Of a stretch of 64,000 nt of DNA, positions 63,201 through 64,000 are shown piece after piece. Source of the stretch: Felis catus (lineage: Eukaryota); assembly GCF_018350175.1 (NCBI RefSeq), contig NC_058368.1, forward strand, positions 165,294,001-165,358,000, given 5' to 3'. Within the stretch, counting starts at the first letter, position 1, and every line of letters starts with the position of its first letter. The notes under the pieces were generated by a model. That model saw nothing but the letters and a program-made list of their open reading frames with translations, searched no databases and had not been told where the DNA came from. Both the position numbers and the translations under genes were made by a program.

Positions 63201-64000
63201 GCATTGTATAGTAAAAGTTTTGGTGGGAAAAAAACCCAAAGCAATAAATAAATAAATAAATAAAGTGAAATGAAGACATAAATTATTCCAGATTGATAAA
63301 CATGGCTGTTTATCAAATGGAAGCCACTACACTCAAATATGGTGCACACATCTGAACTGTAGCACCTTTACAACACGCATGGAGAGTATTGGTTTTATCT
63401 GGGAAATGAATTTTAACTTAGCTATGAATTAACTTTAAATTTTCCAGTGAGCAAACAAAACACACTCTCTATTAAACAATATGATCATTTATGATCAGAT
63501 TTATAAGGGTAATTCTATAGGTATGTTTTAAGTGTTTTCATTTGTAGCATCATCAAAGAGGCTTTGTTAAATAATTTCTGTTGTGGCTTTGAAATATATA
63601 GGAAAAGTATTCTTGATTGAATTTCTCTTTTTTAACATCCATACTATAATAGGAGGATATAAGAAAGTGCATAACAATTTTTAGAGAAAACATGAAAATC
63701 AAGATTTAAAACAACTCTTACCCAACTTGTCAAATTTTCTTTCACCCATTGATTATTATACATATACTTTCCCATGCAAACAGAGCAAAGTTTAAAACAA
63801 CCAATAACTGGAACTTCTGATATTTTCTCCAAAAGATTACCCAACAAAGCATTTACCTTAAAGCACTTTTATGAAATATCTATAACATATTGCCTTTCAT
63901 GGAATCAAACAATATTTTGATAAGTTAAACTGAACTCTGAGTTTATTTACTTGTTGCTAGAAATATTTTATGTTTTCCAATTATAATTTTACACAAGTGA

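Noticed and set aside
1..64000. CRISPR arrays, operons or other prokaryotic systems
   Set aside because: The sequence is mammalian; there is no repeat-spacer array and no gene-dense organisation.

Overview
AT-rich, repeat-dense mammalian genomic DNA. The tRNA-derived CanSINEs of the cat (SINEC_Fc) type and the carnivore LINE-1s indicate a felid. I found no host protein-coding exon, RNA gene or CpG island that I can support, so this reads as intergenic or deep-intronic DNA. Main contents: (1) a complete two-LTR, non-autonomous gamma-like provirus at 20523-26914 with a 4-bp TSD, tRNA-Leu PBS, PPT, and gag, integrase-tail and env remnants; (2) an older env-bearing ERV remnant at about 12030-13410 whose PPT and LTR appear to resume at 19647, beyond a 6-kb L1 insertion; (3) a full-length but inactivated L1 at 37836-44645, an older internally deleted L1 on the minus strand and several L1 fragments; (4) about 17 CanSINEs, most with TSDs; (5) several solo LTRs, L2, MIR and hAT DNA-transposon relics and microsatellites. 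Repeat family names are recognised by eye and need RepeatMasker/Dfam confirmation. I see no evidence of a new functional biological system; the most interesting items are retroviral fossils and nested insertion or deletion structures.
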